This document shows, piece by piece, positions 41,703 through 54,132 of a DNA stretch of 64,000 bases (the first letter of the stretch is position 1; each line of letters opens with the position of its first letter). The notes beneath the pieces were generated by a model. It did not search any database. It worked only from the letters and a program-made list of their open reading frames with translations, and was not told the origin of the DNA. A program made the position numbers and the translations under genes. The stretch is from Octopus vulgaris (Eukaryota), in assembly GCA_951406725.2 (NCBI GenBank), contig OX597815.1, positions 16,368,001 to 16,432,000 on the forward strand, in the 5' to 3' direction.

Positions 41703-42106
41703 TTTAAAACAAGTACCTCGCTCTTGCTTCTCTTCATTTCACCCAGCTCTATTAAGATATATTTTTAGGAAGTCAGCTACATTCAAACAGTATTCAAAAG
41801 AAATTGAAAGAAGACAGGCTCCTCTTCAAAAAAAGTAGTTCAATGAAAAAGAATGAAAAAAAATATAGATAAATAAGGACATAAAACATGAAGCGTACAT
41901 GATATAAAAAAAACAAAAAGCTCCCGTGAATTTCATTTTTTGTCTCTGGTCAATTTATATGAACTCCATGGACACCAAGGAATTCCTGAAGCAAATCCAG
42001 TAACATATGCAACACAACTGATGTTGAAATCAGGTGGCCAATAACTGTGGACGTGCTTAACAAAGCCTCCTACAAGGTTTATAACCGAATATAATTATAT
42101 ATATAT

Positions 42107-42202
<96 letters not shown>

Positions 42203-42304
42203 AGATAGATATAGATATAGATATTTGAAAGTGTATGAGAATTACTTAATACAGTTTTGAAGTGTACAGGTGATTTAAAAAAATATTTTGTTATAAATAA
42301 ATAA

Positions 42305-42366
<62 letters not shown>

Positions 42367-42409
42367 GATAAATATCAGACTGAGTTATCAACAGTAGCAG
42401 AAACACATC

Positions 42410-42744
42410 GTGATGTAAATATGCCATTTGAATATGGCTAACAAAGTATATTTATTTGTAAAAAGTATATGTATTTGGAAAAAGTATATGTATTTGTAAG
42501 AATGTAAGAGAACCTCCTTCCTATCGACAACTGTGATTGTCACACGCTGATGATAGGTCAATAACTTGAAACTCGGGTCCATGTGTATCATAAGTTGAAG
42601 ACGGGAAGGATGGCTTCCCTTTGCAAATACTGATAGGGCACAGAAAGTGTGTCTATAGCCAGTTGGAGGAGATGTCTTCCTGGGGCTTTAAACTACAGTA
42701 GCATCCACCCTTAGGGGTTAGCCATATTCAAATGGCATATTTAC

Positions 42745-42749
<5 letters not shown>
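42410..42749 (+). mobile_element. Hammerhead-carrying mini-element with a 33-bp inverted terminal duplication, followed by (TA)n
   Basis: 42410-42442 is the exact reverse complement of 42717-42749. Confidence 0.8.
42534..42590 (+). ncRNA. Type I hammerhead ribozyme, intact core, weak stem II
   Basis: CACACG-CUGAUGA (42547-42553), stem II, GAAA (42568-42571), CUCGG-GUC, CAUGUG. Stem I is 5/6 paired and extended by UGAU/AUCA. Confidence 0.72.
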
Positions 42750-42790
<41 letters not shown>

Positions 42791-43484
42791 GTAAGTCCAA
42801 ATTAATCTTGTACGGTATTTAGTATTTGTATGTGTAAGTTTAAAAATAATGTGTGGTTAGAAGTTTGCTTCTCAACCGTATGGTTCCAGATTTGGTCCCA
42901 CTGCGTGGCACCTTGGTAAGTGTCTTCTACTATAGCCTCGGGCCGACCACAGCCTTGTGAGTGGATCTGATAGACGGAAACTGAAAGAAGCCTGTCGTGT
43001 GTGTGTGTATGTGTGTGTGTCTTTGTGTCTGTGTTTGTCCCCCACTAGACTTGACGCCCGGCATTGGTTTGTTTACGTCCCGGTAGCTTAGCACTTCAGT
43101 AAAAAGAGGTCCATAGAATAAGAACCATTGGTTATAAGAAAAACATTGGAATCAGTTCGTTCGACTAAAATCCTTCAGGGCTGTGCTCCAGCATGTCAGC
43201 AGTCTAATGACTGAAACAAGTAAAAGATAAGGCGGCGAACTGGCAGAAACGTTAGCACGCCGGGTGAAATGCTTAGCAGTATTTCGTCTGCCGTTACGTT
43301 GTGAGTTCAAATTCCGCCGAGGCCGACTTTGCCTTTCATCCTTTCGGGGGTCGATTAAATAAGTACCAGTTACGCACTGGGGTCGATGTAATCGACTTAA
43401 TCCGTTTGTCTGTCCTTGTTTGTCCTCTCTGTGTTTGGCCCCTTGTGGGCAGTAAAGAAATATGAAACAAGCAAAAGATAAAAG

Positions 43485-43545
<61 letters not shown>

Positions 43546-44509
43546 CACACATACTTTAAAGACATTTTGTCTTGATGCTATCAATTCTTTAAATCTACCA
43601 CTTTTTAGCAATATTGATTTCGGTTAATGGCACAGGGTCACATTTATATCGCGCTTTGATACATATTCACTTAAATCAACCGCAACAATTTGCTTCTAAT
43701 ATATTTTATCGATCCAAGTTTCTAACAGTCACAAGACACTTACAATGTAAAGATATTAGCAAGAATGATGAAAAACATGCAGAGTAGGATTGTTTGATGA
43801 ACTTTATTTCAGAAAAATATATGAAACCAATAAATCTATGACAAGAGATTTCTTAACTTTTCGCATTGTTACGTTCTCTGGCTGTAAATTTCCAAACCTG
43901 GAACAAAGAGGTGTGAAATGTAATGGTTTAAGACGTATTTTTATTGTCTGCAATGTGACGTAAATGAGAGCTAAATCACCGCCTCGAAAAGTCTTTATTC
44001 TGCCGCAGGTAACTTTCTCACAGAACACTTGGGGTAGATAAGTTGAAGCAACTACCATTTAAAGAAAACCCACGTTATAAAAATCGATAAACTTTTCGAT
44101 CATTTGAAGTCATAGTTTTGAAGAAGAAAATGATAATGTTGATATTGATGATGGTAAAGTCTTAGTCAATTCATCAAGAATCGCAAAAATAAAAGAAATT
44201 TTTGTGGAAATATGATGAGCAAATGATATGGAATCTTCGATAGAAAAGTATCTAATGCTTTGGAGATGAATTGGATGGCGTTGTTCATCACAATATTGGA
44301 TTATGTGGATGGAGTCTCCTACAGAGAATGCGGAAGACATTTGACGAATTCAGTTTTGTCAATACTTTCAGGCAAAGTTCGGTATTTTGAAACAACTCGT
44401 AAATTGTACAAAACCCCTTGCGTATTTGGTTTCCAATGATCTTTTCAATAAGATAATATCTTAAAGTAATTAAACATGCGTGTACGTGTGTGTATGTGCA
44501 TTACATATA

Positions 44510-44620
<111 letters not shown>

Positions 44621-44661
44621 CACACACACACACACATATATATATATACATACATACATAC

Positions 44662-44732
<71 letters not shown>

Positions 44733-45042
44733 CATACACATATATAGGCGTAGGAGTGGCTGTGTGGTAAGTAGCTTGCTTACGAACCACATAGTTCAGG
44801 GTTCAGTCCCACTGCGTGGTACCTTGGGCAAGTGTCTTCTACTATAGCCTCAGGCTGACCAAAGCCTTGAGAGTGGATTTGGTAGACGGAAACTGAAAGA
44901 AGTCCGTCGTATATATATATACATATATGCACAAACACATCCATACAATGTACAATATGTATGTACGTGCTTATTTGTGTAAAGCTATTTGTAATGAATA
45001 TCCTTTGCATCTGCGTACTCCGTCCAACCCCCAGGTGACCAT

Positions 45043-45420
45043 CTACGAACAATGTCTCTCTATTGGTCGAAATGCTGAATGTTTACTACCGAACGTAATG
45101 TGTTGGCGGGAATGTGATTCATCTTTGAAACTGTTCAATCTCTCTCTGTTTGGAGAGGTTTCAGACATCGGATAATCATCGATGTATATCGGTCTTTTGT
45201 TTAATGAACACTGGTGCGTTAACGACAAATGTGGCTGATGTGCAGGAGGTGGAAGAGGTAAGTGATGTGTTGGCATTTCGTTGCCTGTCTTGTCTGACGG
45301 AAGTATCTGCATTGGACTTGATGCTGACGGTGACCAAGGGACCAGTAGGGATGTCGGATATTGAAAAAGTCGAATTCGTTGATGACGTCGCCATTTTGCG
45401 CGACGATTCGAGAACCAAAC
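45043..45420 (-). CDS. eyg: eyegone-class Pax gene, last coding exon
   Basis: TTTCATTTAG acceptor. Encodes VWFSNRRAKWRRHQRIRLFQYP...KHSAFRPIERHCS* (Ser50 homeodomain typical of Pax genes); in frame with ORF 45043-45312. Confidence 0.9.
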   Translation of the reverse strand, partial: VWFSNRRAKWRRHQRIRLFQYPTSLLVPWSPSASSPMQILPSDKTGNEMPTHHLPLPPPAHQPHLSLTHQCSLNKRPIYIDDYPMSETSPNRERLNSFKDESHSRQHITFGSKHSAFRPIERHCS

Positions 45421-45469
45421 CTAAATGAAACAAAGAAAAAAAATTATAAAATAAAAATTTCTATGTATG

Positions 45470-45855
45470 TTCTCTTCTCTTTACTCTCTCGTTTACTCTT
45501 TTACATGTTTCAGTCATTTGACTGTGGCCATGCTTTTAGTCGAGCAAATCGACCCCAGGACTTATTCTTTGTAAGCGTAGTACCTATTCTATCGGTCTCT
45601 TTTGCCGAACCGCTAAGTTACGGGGACGTAAATACACCAGCATTGGTTGTCAAGCGATTTGGGGGGGGGGCACAGACACACAAACACACACACACACACA
45701 CATATATACGACGGGCTTCTTTCAGTTTCCGTCTACCAAATCCACTCACAAGGCCCGAGGCTATAGTAGAAGACACTTGCCCAAGATGCCATGCAGTGGA
45801 ACTGAACCTGGAACCATATAGCTGGTAAGCAAGCTACTTACCACACAGCCACTCC
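45470..45855 (-). mobile_element. SINE family C (CCTTGGGCAAGT core, internal microsatellite); other copies at 3346-3710 (-), 44748-44910 (+), 42850-43230 (+), 49155-49590 (+), 34195-34630 (+) and 61450-61660 (-)
   Basis: Shared GGAGTGGCTGTGTGGTAAGTAGCTTGCTT head, CORE-like segment and CAAATGACTGAAACAAGTAAAAGA tail. Confidence 0.85.
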
Positions 45856-47146
45856 TTTTCTGTTTTTAATTATTTGAATTTTTACCTCTGATAAAGGAAC
45901 TGGCTTCTGACAAAGATACAAAGCTCCATTTTTCGATGGTAGATAACGAAAACAATGTCATATTTTAAACTTGAGAAAAGTCTTGCATATTTTTACTGTT
46001 CCGCTTACATTTGTTATATGCAAGTTATTTGATTTCTTTTCTTTTTGGAAATCTAAGCTTATCCAGACTGTCAGTTAGGCATTTACTTACAGAACCAAGT
46101 GCACAAATCATTATTGGTATAAATATAATTTGTAATCTAGCTTGGGGTTTCGAAGTAGTTGTCCATAGTTATCCTCTTTCTCTTTGATTTTCAAAGTGAT
46201 ATCCACATCAGCAGGACAGCTGACCCCTATGAGGGTACATGCTTTTATGCATGTGTATGTGTGTGTGTATCTTTGTGTTTGTGGTTGTCCCTACAACCAC
46301 TTAACAAATGGTGGTGGTTTGTTTGCGTCCCCGTAACTTAGCAGTTCAGTAAAAGAGATCGATATGACCAGACTTTAAAAAAATAAGTACTGGGGTCAAT
46401 TTGTTCGACTAAATCCTTCGAGGTAGTGTCTCAGCATAGCCACTGTCCAATGGGTGAAACAAGTAACAGATTAGAGAATTCGGTTACATTCCGAGTTCGT
46501 ATCCTTCGGAGTGGACTTTGCTTTTCATCCTTCCGACAAAATAAAGTACTGAAATCAATTTAATCGATTCACCCATTCCATCAAAATTGCTCGTCTTGTG
46601 CCTAAAATTTGAAACAATTTAGTGCGATAGGTTGGAAGAATCGTTAAAGCGTCGGACAAAATGCTTTGCGGTATTTCTTCCAGCTCTTTACGCTCTGAGT
46701 TCGAATTCCGCCGAAGTCAACTTCGTCTTTTCATAATTTCATAAATTCCTAATTTTCATAAATTCATAATTTCGGTGTCAATAAGATAAAGTTACAATCA
46801 AATACTGGAGTTGATGTTATCGGCAAACCTCCTCCCACAAATTTCAGGCTTTTTGCCTATATCAGGAACTAATATTAAAGGCGGTGAGCTGGTAGAATTG
46901 TTAGAGCATCGGACAAAATGCCTTGTTGCTTTTCTTCTGGATCGCTACCTTCTGACTTCAAATCTAGCTGAGGTCAACTTAGCTTGTCACTTCTCCAGAG
47001 TCGATAAATAAAGTATCAATCAAGTACTGGGGCGATACATTCAACTAATCGCTTCCCTTGATACCATGTATTATGTCTATTTTGAGAACAATACATTATT
47101 CTGGTTTTGCAGCTATGATAGAAGCAATTTTTATTTTTATTTAAAA

Positions 47147-47544
47147 CTAGCAGTATAGCCCGGCGTTGCTCGGGCTTGTTTTCTTTTCGACCCTTCACAA
47201 TTCGAATTTTTGAAAAGTAAAAATTTTGTCACTATGTAGCTTGTTATTCTCTTTAAGCGAACATTTTTCTGGTCGAAATACACCGAAAAATGGCGACACA
47301 GCAGTTAAAAATCGTAAAAAATAGGGATTTTCATAGAAAAAAAAAAGCACCTTTTTGATGTAAATAATTTTTGGTGTTAACATGGCCCGATTTGAATTTT
47401 ATCTTCTACGGAAGGAAAAGCAAGCCTTCTATCATACTCTCAATTTTGTTCAACTTGTGTCGCAGGTTCTCGGAGAAGATAGTGTTAGTTGAAGGCTATC
47501 AAACCTGCCATACACAGACAACTTCAACTTTATATATTGAGAGA
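47147..47544 (-). mobile_element. Non-autonomous Helitron in an eyegone intron; a longer relative at 14271 to about 15040
   Basis: CTAGCAGTATAGCCCGGC 3' end and TATATATTGAGAGAT 5' end. Confidence 0.8.
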
Positions 47545-48815
47545 TGTGGATATAGCCGGGCAGAACATAACTGGCTCAGCGTTCCATAATTCATAGTTTT
47601 TATTCCAAATTTCAAAGTTATCAAGATTGCTTTCCCTCTTTCTAGAGTGAGCAATGTAAGTACCAATAAGAGATCGCGTCCACGAATTCGACCTTATTCT
47701 CTTTCTGCTGACAAACTGGAACATTGTGCTAAGAAAAAGCAAGTTCTTACTTTCAAAGCCTTTTCAAGCAATTACCCAAACTAGTTTCTGATATACCACA
47801 TTCTTTTGGAGGGTTAAGACATGTCAATCCATTTACTTATTTCTCAAGTACACATCTAATATAAACATCAAGTAAAACATAAGGCATCAATGAAATCTTT
47901 AGCCACCTCTTTCAGCTTAAACTACATATACATTTCTCTACAATAGCTTTTATAACATGTAACGAGATGAATATACAACTGGATTCATTTTAAACACAAA
48001 ATATACTCCATTAGAGATATTAAAGATACGTTACGTTTTGTACGAGTTCTTATGATTAATTTTTAAACATAGGACTTTAGGGAATCAATAGGTGAGTTTA
48101 CGACGAATCTAATGTTTGACAATATATTTTGTAAAATAATTGAAGTTTAGTTTTGCTGTGTTTGAACACACCGAAACCGAGCAAAGGTAAATACTACAGA
48201 AATGAAAGGTTATAAATTCTTTATAAGTTGTTCGTTGGCACGTTACAATTTTGCTATTGTTCTCAACTCAATATACATAACCTAATATAATTTGCTGGAT
48301 ATTTTATGTTTTTGTTCAATTACCTTCTTGCTGCTAAAGGTTGCTAAACTGGTTTGTGTAGAAATTTTATATTGTAGCGATTCTAATTTTGCTGTCAGTC
48401 ATCCAGCACCGTATTATAGACCCAGGCGCAAAGAAACAAGCGTATTCAAAATACAAGTATTAAGTTTTGCCAAAGATTTCTGTTTAAATAGTTTATTTGA
48501 CAACATACAATAGATTAAGTGATTCAAACATATTTAAGGGACAATGGCTCCTTAATTTGTTCCATTTAAAAGAGCATATAATTATTGGCTGACACAAAAT
48601 ATGGCTCGTGTGGGACTCGAGTCAGAGAAAGAGAGAAATGAACAGTTAGGACATTATTGGCAATGAACAAAAGATAGGAAACACGGAGAGACCATGGTTA
48701 CAACGCCTTCGATAATAGTTCTGTTGGATCAGAGCAGGACTCAGGCTAAACAACAATAATAAAATCAACAACATTAAAACAAAATTTACGAAAATAAAGG
48801 CCAAAATATATTTAC

Positions 48816-49000
48816 CTGAACTCTGGCTTCGGACAAATCCGTCTTCAAGGCTAATTCCTCACGTGTATTTACACTGGGATAATGGGTTCTCTGAAACTCT
48901 TTTTCTAGAATTTCAAGTTGATCAGCCGAAAAAGTGGTTCTGTTTCTTCGTAATCTTGACATGGAATCATCTGATGGTGAGGGCGACAATTCGTCCCTGT
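48816..49000 (-). CDS. eyg: eyegone-class Pax gene, homeodomain exon (helices 1-2 and start of helix 3)
   Basis: AG acceptor at 49002-49001, GTAAAT donor. Encodes (D)[61 protein letters not shown]. The intron falls at the paired-class Q|VWF position. Confidence 0.92.
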
Positions 49001-49294
49001 CTTGAATACGACAATTTATAACAATAATTAATTTTCATAACTAATGATTTTTTTCTAACAATAAATAAAAAAATAAATAAATGGTATGTAGAATAAAAAA
49101 AAGATATAAATTCCGAGAACTAGCATTTTAAATTTTCAAGCCATAATAGACGCATGTGGGACTGTGTGGTTTAAACATGTGGTCTTGGTTCTCTTCCTCT
49201 GCGGGGCACCTTGGGCAAGTGTCTTCTATTTATCCCGGGCTGACCAAAGCCTTGTGAATGGATTTGCAGGACGAAAACTGAAAGAAGCCCGTTG

Positions 49295-49361
<67 letters not shown>

Positions 49362-49630
49362 ATAATGTATATATATCTGTGTTTGTTTTTCTTTGAGATC
49401 GTGCTATGTTTATCTCGCGTCACAGCTTTCCAGCCGAGGTTATTTTTTACGTTCGGCAAAACAGACCGATAGAATAAGTACCAGGTTTTAAAAATTAGTA
49501 CTGGGAGCTGATTTGTTCGACTAAACCCTTCAAGGTGGTGCCCAGCATGGCCGCAGTTCAATGGCTATAACAAGTAAAAGATAAAAGATTTCCAGTTGTG
49601 TGTGTGTGCGCGTGTGTGTGTGTATGTATG

Positions 49631-49694
<64 letters not shown>

Positions 49695-49777
49695 GGTCCC
49701 GGGTTGATTCGGGGTTAACCACAGTAAGTAAGGTACTCAATACATAGCAGAGTAAAATTAATTTATTATATAGAAGG

Positions 49778-49828
49778 AGCTTCTACAGGACTAGTACTGT
49801 TTCATTCAAGAGAAATCTTCAGGAAGCT
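49778..49828 (-). ncRNA. Type I hammerhead ribozyme, exact inverted copy, sense to eyegone pre-mRNA
   Basis: Exact reverse complement of 49899-49949. Confidence 0.85.
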
Positions 49829-49898
49829 ATTTAACAAGAATTGTATTAGCATTTAAACCTGCCTAAATGTATAAATGCTAATACAATTCTTGTTAAAT

Positions 49899-49949
49899 AG
49901 CTTCCTGAAGATTTCTCTTGAATGAAACAGTACTAGTCCTGTAGAAGCT
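49899..49949 (+). ncRNA. Type I hammerhead ribozyme, intact core
   Basis: Stem I AGCUUC/GAAGCU; CUGAAGA at 49905-49911; short stem II UUC/GAA; GAAA at 49924-49927; stem III ACAG/CUGU enclosing the palindrome ACUAGU; GUA cleavage triplet at 49941-49943. Confidence 0.85.
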
Positions 49950-49960
49950 CCTTCTATATA

Positions 49961-50008
<48 letters not shown>

Positions 50009-50331
50009 CTAATATAGGATAGAATTTTTCGAAAAAATTTCTATCCATGGCCAGCATATTAAAAAATACCTTTAAAGGTTAAATTTATAAATAACTTATA
50101 AGTGAGGGCAAAAGAAACGGATTTCATTTAGAAATTTCTGTCGGCATTCTTTGAAACACATGCTTGTAGTGATAAATTACATGGATATTGACGTAGTGTC
50201 TTTTTTCGGCATGTTTAGGCATTAGAAATTTTTTCTTTTGCCCTTACTTATAAATTATATATTCAATATTGCAAAATTGTAAAAATTACAATTAATAAGA
50301 CGTGAAAACAGACTTAGTTGGAATTTCTTTG

Positions 50332-50540
<209 letters not shown>

Positions 50541-50630
50541 GAGACAAAACCACTATTATGCAAATCAAACAAAGAAAGACTTAATCCAATACATAAAAAA
50601 TTTTATATAAATTAAATAAAATTAAGTTAT

Positions 50631-50676
50631 CCACTACAATTGTTTCTTGTCACTTCTAAGGACATTCATCGGGTGG
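50631..50676 (-). ncRNA. Minimal type I hammerhead motif with variant core (CCGAUGA)
   Basis: Minus strand CCAC-CCGAUGA-a-UGUC..GACA-a-GAA-ACAAUUGU-A-GUGG: stems I and II, palindromic stem III, GUA triplet, U4>C change. Confidence 0.72.
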
Positions 50677-50806
50677 TTTTCACACCTTCTATTCAATTAT
50701 TGTTGTAGAGATAGATTGTGGTTGAAATGTGTTTATGTAAGGAACCAAGAATTCAATGGCATGATGAAAGAACGAAAGAAGACAAATTCTTTGATTGGTC
50801 ACTCAC

Positions 50807-51166
50807 CAGAAGATAACGTCAGACCATGATCAGGCGATGAAATGATTATTTCACTATTTGAATCATAATTTCCTGACGATGCATACAATGGAGGCCCCGT
50901 AGAGTGTATTGAGACACCAGCGGCTGCTGCTGCTGCTGCTGCTGCTGCATGAGACGATGAAGGTTGATATTGGAAAGAGTTGATGACTGGTGCGCTGGGT
51001 GTGAGGGAATTTGGGTAACTAGCCACATTCCAAAGAGGAGAGTAGACAGAGTAAAGGGCATGGCTGGCTAGACGAGCGTATTCACCCGCTGCCCGTTCGG
51101 CTGCTTTGTTTCGTAAGATACGGTTTATTGAGCTGACACTTGGTAGAGTGGCTTGAGTGCAAACCC
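50807..51166 (-). CDS. eyg: eyegone-class Pax gene, exon ending the paired domain plus linker with poly-Ala
   Basis: TTTCAG acceptor, GTGAGT donor, 360 nt, phase 1/1. (G)VCTQATLPSVSSINRILRNKAAERAAGEYARLA matches the eyg/toe-type extension (RNRAAERAAAEFAR) after the paired domain. Confidence 0.9.
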
Positions 51167-51210
51167 CTGAAACAGATTGAAAATAGAGTGACACCAAATA
51201 AAGATATTAT

Positions 51211-51634
51211 CTGTTTCTTTACTGCCCACAAGGGGCTAAAAACATAGAGGGGACGAACAATGACAGATAAACGGATTAAGTCGATTACATCGACCCCCAG
51301 TGCGTAACTGGTACTTAATTTATCGACCCCGAAAGGATGAAAGGCAAAGTCGACCTCGGCGGAATTTGAACTCAGAACGTAACGGCAGACGAAATACCTA
51401 TTTCTTTACTACCCACAAGGGGCTAAACATAGAGGGGACAAACAAGGACAGACAAACGGATTAAGTCGATTACATTGATCCCCAGTGCGTAACTGGTACT
51501 TAATTTATCGACCACGAAAGGATGAAAGGCAAAGTCGACCTCGGTGGAATTTGAACTCAGAACGTAACGGCAGACAAAATACGGCTACGCATTTCGCCCG
51601 GCGTGCTAACGCTTCTGCCAGCTCGATCGCCGCC
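51211..51634 (-). mobile_element. SINE family B dimer; other copies at 21180-21581 (-), 24003-24228 (+), 43231-43461 (+), 19705-20330 (+, interrupted), 22455-22680, 28209-28412 and 46480-47050
   Basis: Shared GGCGGCGAGCTGGCAGAA head and GCCTTTCATCCTTTCGGGGTCGAT core. Confidence 0.88.
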
Positions 51635-51662
51635 CCGATATAGTTTTATAATATATAAAATA

Positions 51663-52056
51663 CTAGCAGTATCGCCCGGCGTTGCTCGGGTTTGTAAGGG
51701 AAATAACTATATAAGCATTTTTAGAGAGTTATAGCCAAAAAATAGCAAAAAATGCATTAAAAACGGAAAAGAAATTATGGTAAATTTTTTTTAAATCGTT
51801 GACTCATAGTAGACATTTTTAGAGAGTTACTTCCCTTATATAATAGCGAAAAAATGCATTAAAATGGAAAAAAATTATGGTAATTTTTTTTAAATCGTAG
51901 ACTCATCGTAGACGCGCGCTAATACCCAGAAGGGCTCGATATGAATCACGACTATAAGATACCCGGTTTTGGTTAAACTGCACCGCAAAATGTGGGAGTA
52001 GTTAGGAATCTAAATCGTAGGAGACAGACACACAACTTCACTTTTATATATAAAGA
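51663..52056 (-). mobile_element. Non-autonomous Helitron
   Basis: Minus strand TC...hairpin (CCCGAGCAACGCCGGG)...CTAG at an A|T site; close relative of 61980-62377. Confidence 0.85.
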
Positions 52057-52584
52057 TATATCATCGCTATGGTCAATTTCTCGTGAAATATTTCGTTTAA
52101 GTCAGTAGATGATTTTACCGGACATGTTCTGTTGCAACGTCAGTTTTTGTGGCAATGTCACTTTTTGTTGTAATGTCAAATTTGCACCTCGATTTTGTTG
52201 ACGCAACTACCTTATTTAAATCTGCACCGGAGAAAAATAAAAGGAAATATATTTGGGGTTTGCTCCCACAGCATTGGCAATTTATTTGGCAGATTACTTT
52301 TGATCCAGAAAAATTTATGAAACAGAGTGAACTGACGACGTGCAAGGATCAATCAAATGCTATTTGAATCTCTGCTTCGAATTGGATAGGTTTAATTTCA
52401 AATGATTTCTAATCTAATCCGGGATATGTAGGCTTAACAGTATTTCGTTTTTGGATTTGGTTTGCAAGGTTTTTTATATGAGTTCGTGTGTTGAAGCCTA
52501 TTCTGTTGTGTCTGAGGAGAGCCATTTTCTTTTTGTGCTTTATAATCTAACACACTCACCGGTAAAATTTCCACTTATTTCTTA

Positions 52585-52964
52585 CTAGCAGTATCGCCCG
52601 GCGTTGCTTAGGTTTGTAAGGGAAATAACTATAAAGCATTTTTAGAGAGTTATAGCCAAAAAATAGCAAAAAGATGGAAAAAAATGATGGTCAATTTTTT
52701 TAGTTAAAAAAGGTGGAGTTGCCTCCCCTAGACAGTTTGCGGTTTGTGTTTCTGATTCTCGACCCCAAGTCGAATTTATCGATTTTTTTCAGAACTGGGG
52801 GAACTTTTCAAAATTTTCGCTGCGTTAGTTTTGAATTATGACATTGGGCTATGTGTGTGTCAAGTTTCATCAGAATCGGTTGAAAGCCGTGGTCAGGGTG
52901 AGGGTACAAGCAAACAGACACACAGAAACACGCACAGACAAACTGCCGTTTATATATAGAGAGA
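52585..52964 (-). mobile_element. Non-autonomous Helitron nested in a fold-back element (52494-53109)
   Basis: Same termini as the other Helitrons. Removing it restores a left arm complementary to 52997-53109. Confidence 0.85.
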
Positions 52965-53350
52965 TTTTTATTTTCCTAAAATTTTCGTTGAAAAAGTTGC
53001 AAGACGCAACGAAAATTTTAGGAAAATAAAAATAAGAAATAAGTAGAAATTTTACCGGTGAGTAAGGCACCAAAAGAGAATGACTCCCCAGACACAACAG
53101 AATAGGCTTAACAGATCATCAAATTATTCTTCCATATCTTTGGGTATCACATAAGTCACCATCTTCCAATGTCTCAGCGATTGTTTCAGATTTGGAAATT
53201 ATGAAAAGTTCAGGCGTTTTATGTTGTGCTAATACATTTTGAGTTGCTTAAGGAAAGAAAAAAAAAAAAGGTTTCCTGACTCTCTATGACAAGTTCTTTC
53301 AAGAGCTTCTTTGTACACATACATTCTATCAAGAATAGATTAACAATGAA

Positions 53351-54132
53351 GGCAGCGAGTTGGCAGAAACGTTAGCACGCCGGACGAAATGTTTAGCGGT
53401 ATTTCGTCTGTCTTTACGTTCTAAGTTCAAATTCCGCCGAAGTCGACTTTGCCTTTCATCCTTTCGGGGTCGATAAATTAAGTGCCAGTTGCGCACTGGG
53501 GTCGATGTAATCGACTTAATCCGTTTGTCTGTCCTTGTTTGTCCCCTCTATGTTTAGCCCCTAGTGGGTAATAAAGAAATAGGTATTTCGTCTGTCTTTA
53601 CGTTCTAAGTTCAAATTCCGCTGAGGTTGACTTTGCCTTTCATCCTTTCGGGATCGATAAATTAAGTACCAGTTACGCACTGGGGTCGATGTAATCGACT
53701 TAATCTGTTTGTCTGTCCTTGTTTGTCCTCTCTGTGTTTAGCCCCTTGTGGGTAATAAAGAAATAGGTATTTCGTCTGTCTTTACGTTCTAAGTTCAAAT
53801 TCCGCTGAGGTTGACTTTGCCTTTCATCCTTTCGGGGTCGATAAATTAAGTACCAGTTACGCACTGGGGTCGATGTAATCGACTTAATCCGTTTGTCTGT
53901 CCTTGTTTGTCCTCTCTGTGTTTAGCCCCTTGTGGGTAATAAAGAAATAGGTATTTCGTCTGTCGTTACGTTCTGAGTTCAAATTCCGCCGAGGTCGACT
54001 TTGCCTTTCATCCTTTCGGGGTCGATAAATTAAGTACCAGTTACGCAATGGGGTCGATGTAATCGATTTAATCCCGTTGTCTGTCCTTGTGTGTCCCCTC
54101 TATGTTTAGCCCCTTGTGGGCAATAAAGAAAT
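53351..54132 (+). mobile_element. SINE family B concatemer: one head plus four 184-bp bodies
   Basis: Units start at 53398, 53582, 53766 and 53950. AAGAATAGATTAA occurs on both sides (53331-53343, 54133-54145). Confidence 0.92.

Larger units (their letters stand above)
49761..49966. repeat. Perfect 95-bp inverted repeat with a 16-nt spacer, in a short element (49692-49966) between two (TA)n tracts
   Basis: 49761-49855 is the reverse complement of 49872-49966. Confidence 0.95.

Noticed and set aside
45176-45433. Alternative-frame ORFs 45176-45433 (-) and 45150-45428 (+)
   Set aside because: Shadow frames of the real last eyegone exon.
53398-54132. 184-bp tandem units as a retrozyme
   Set aside because: No CUGANGA/GAAA hammerhead core found on either strand of the unit.
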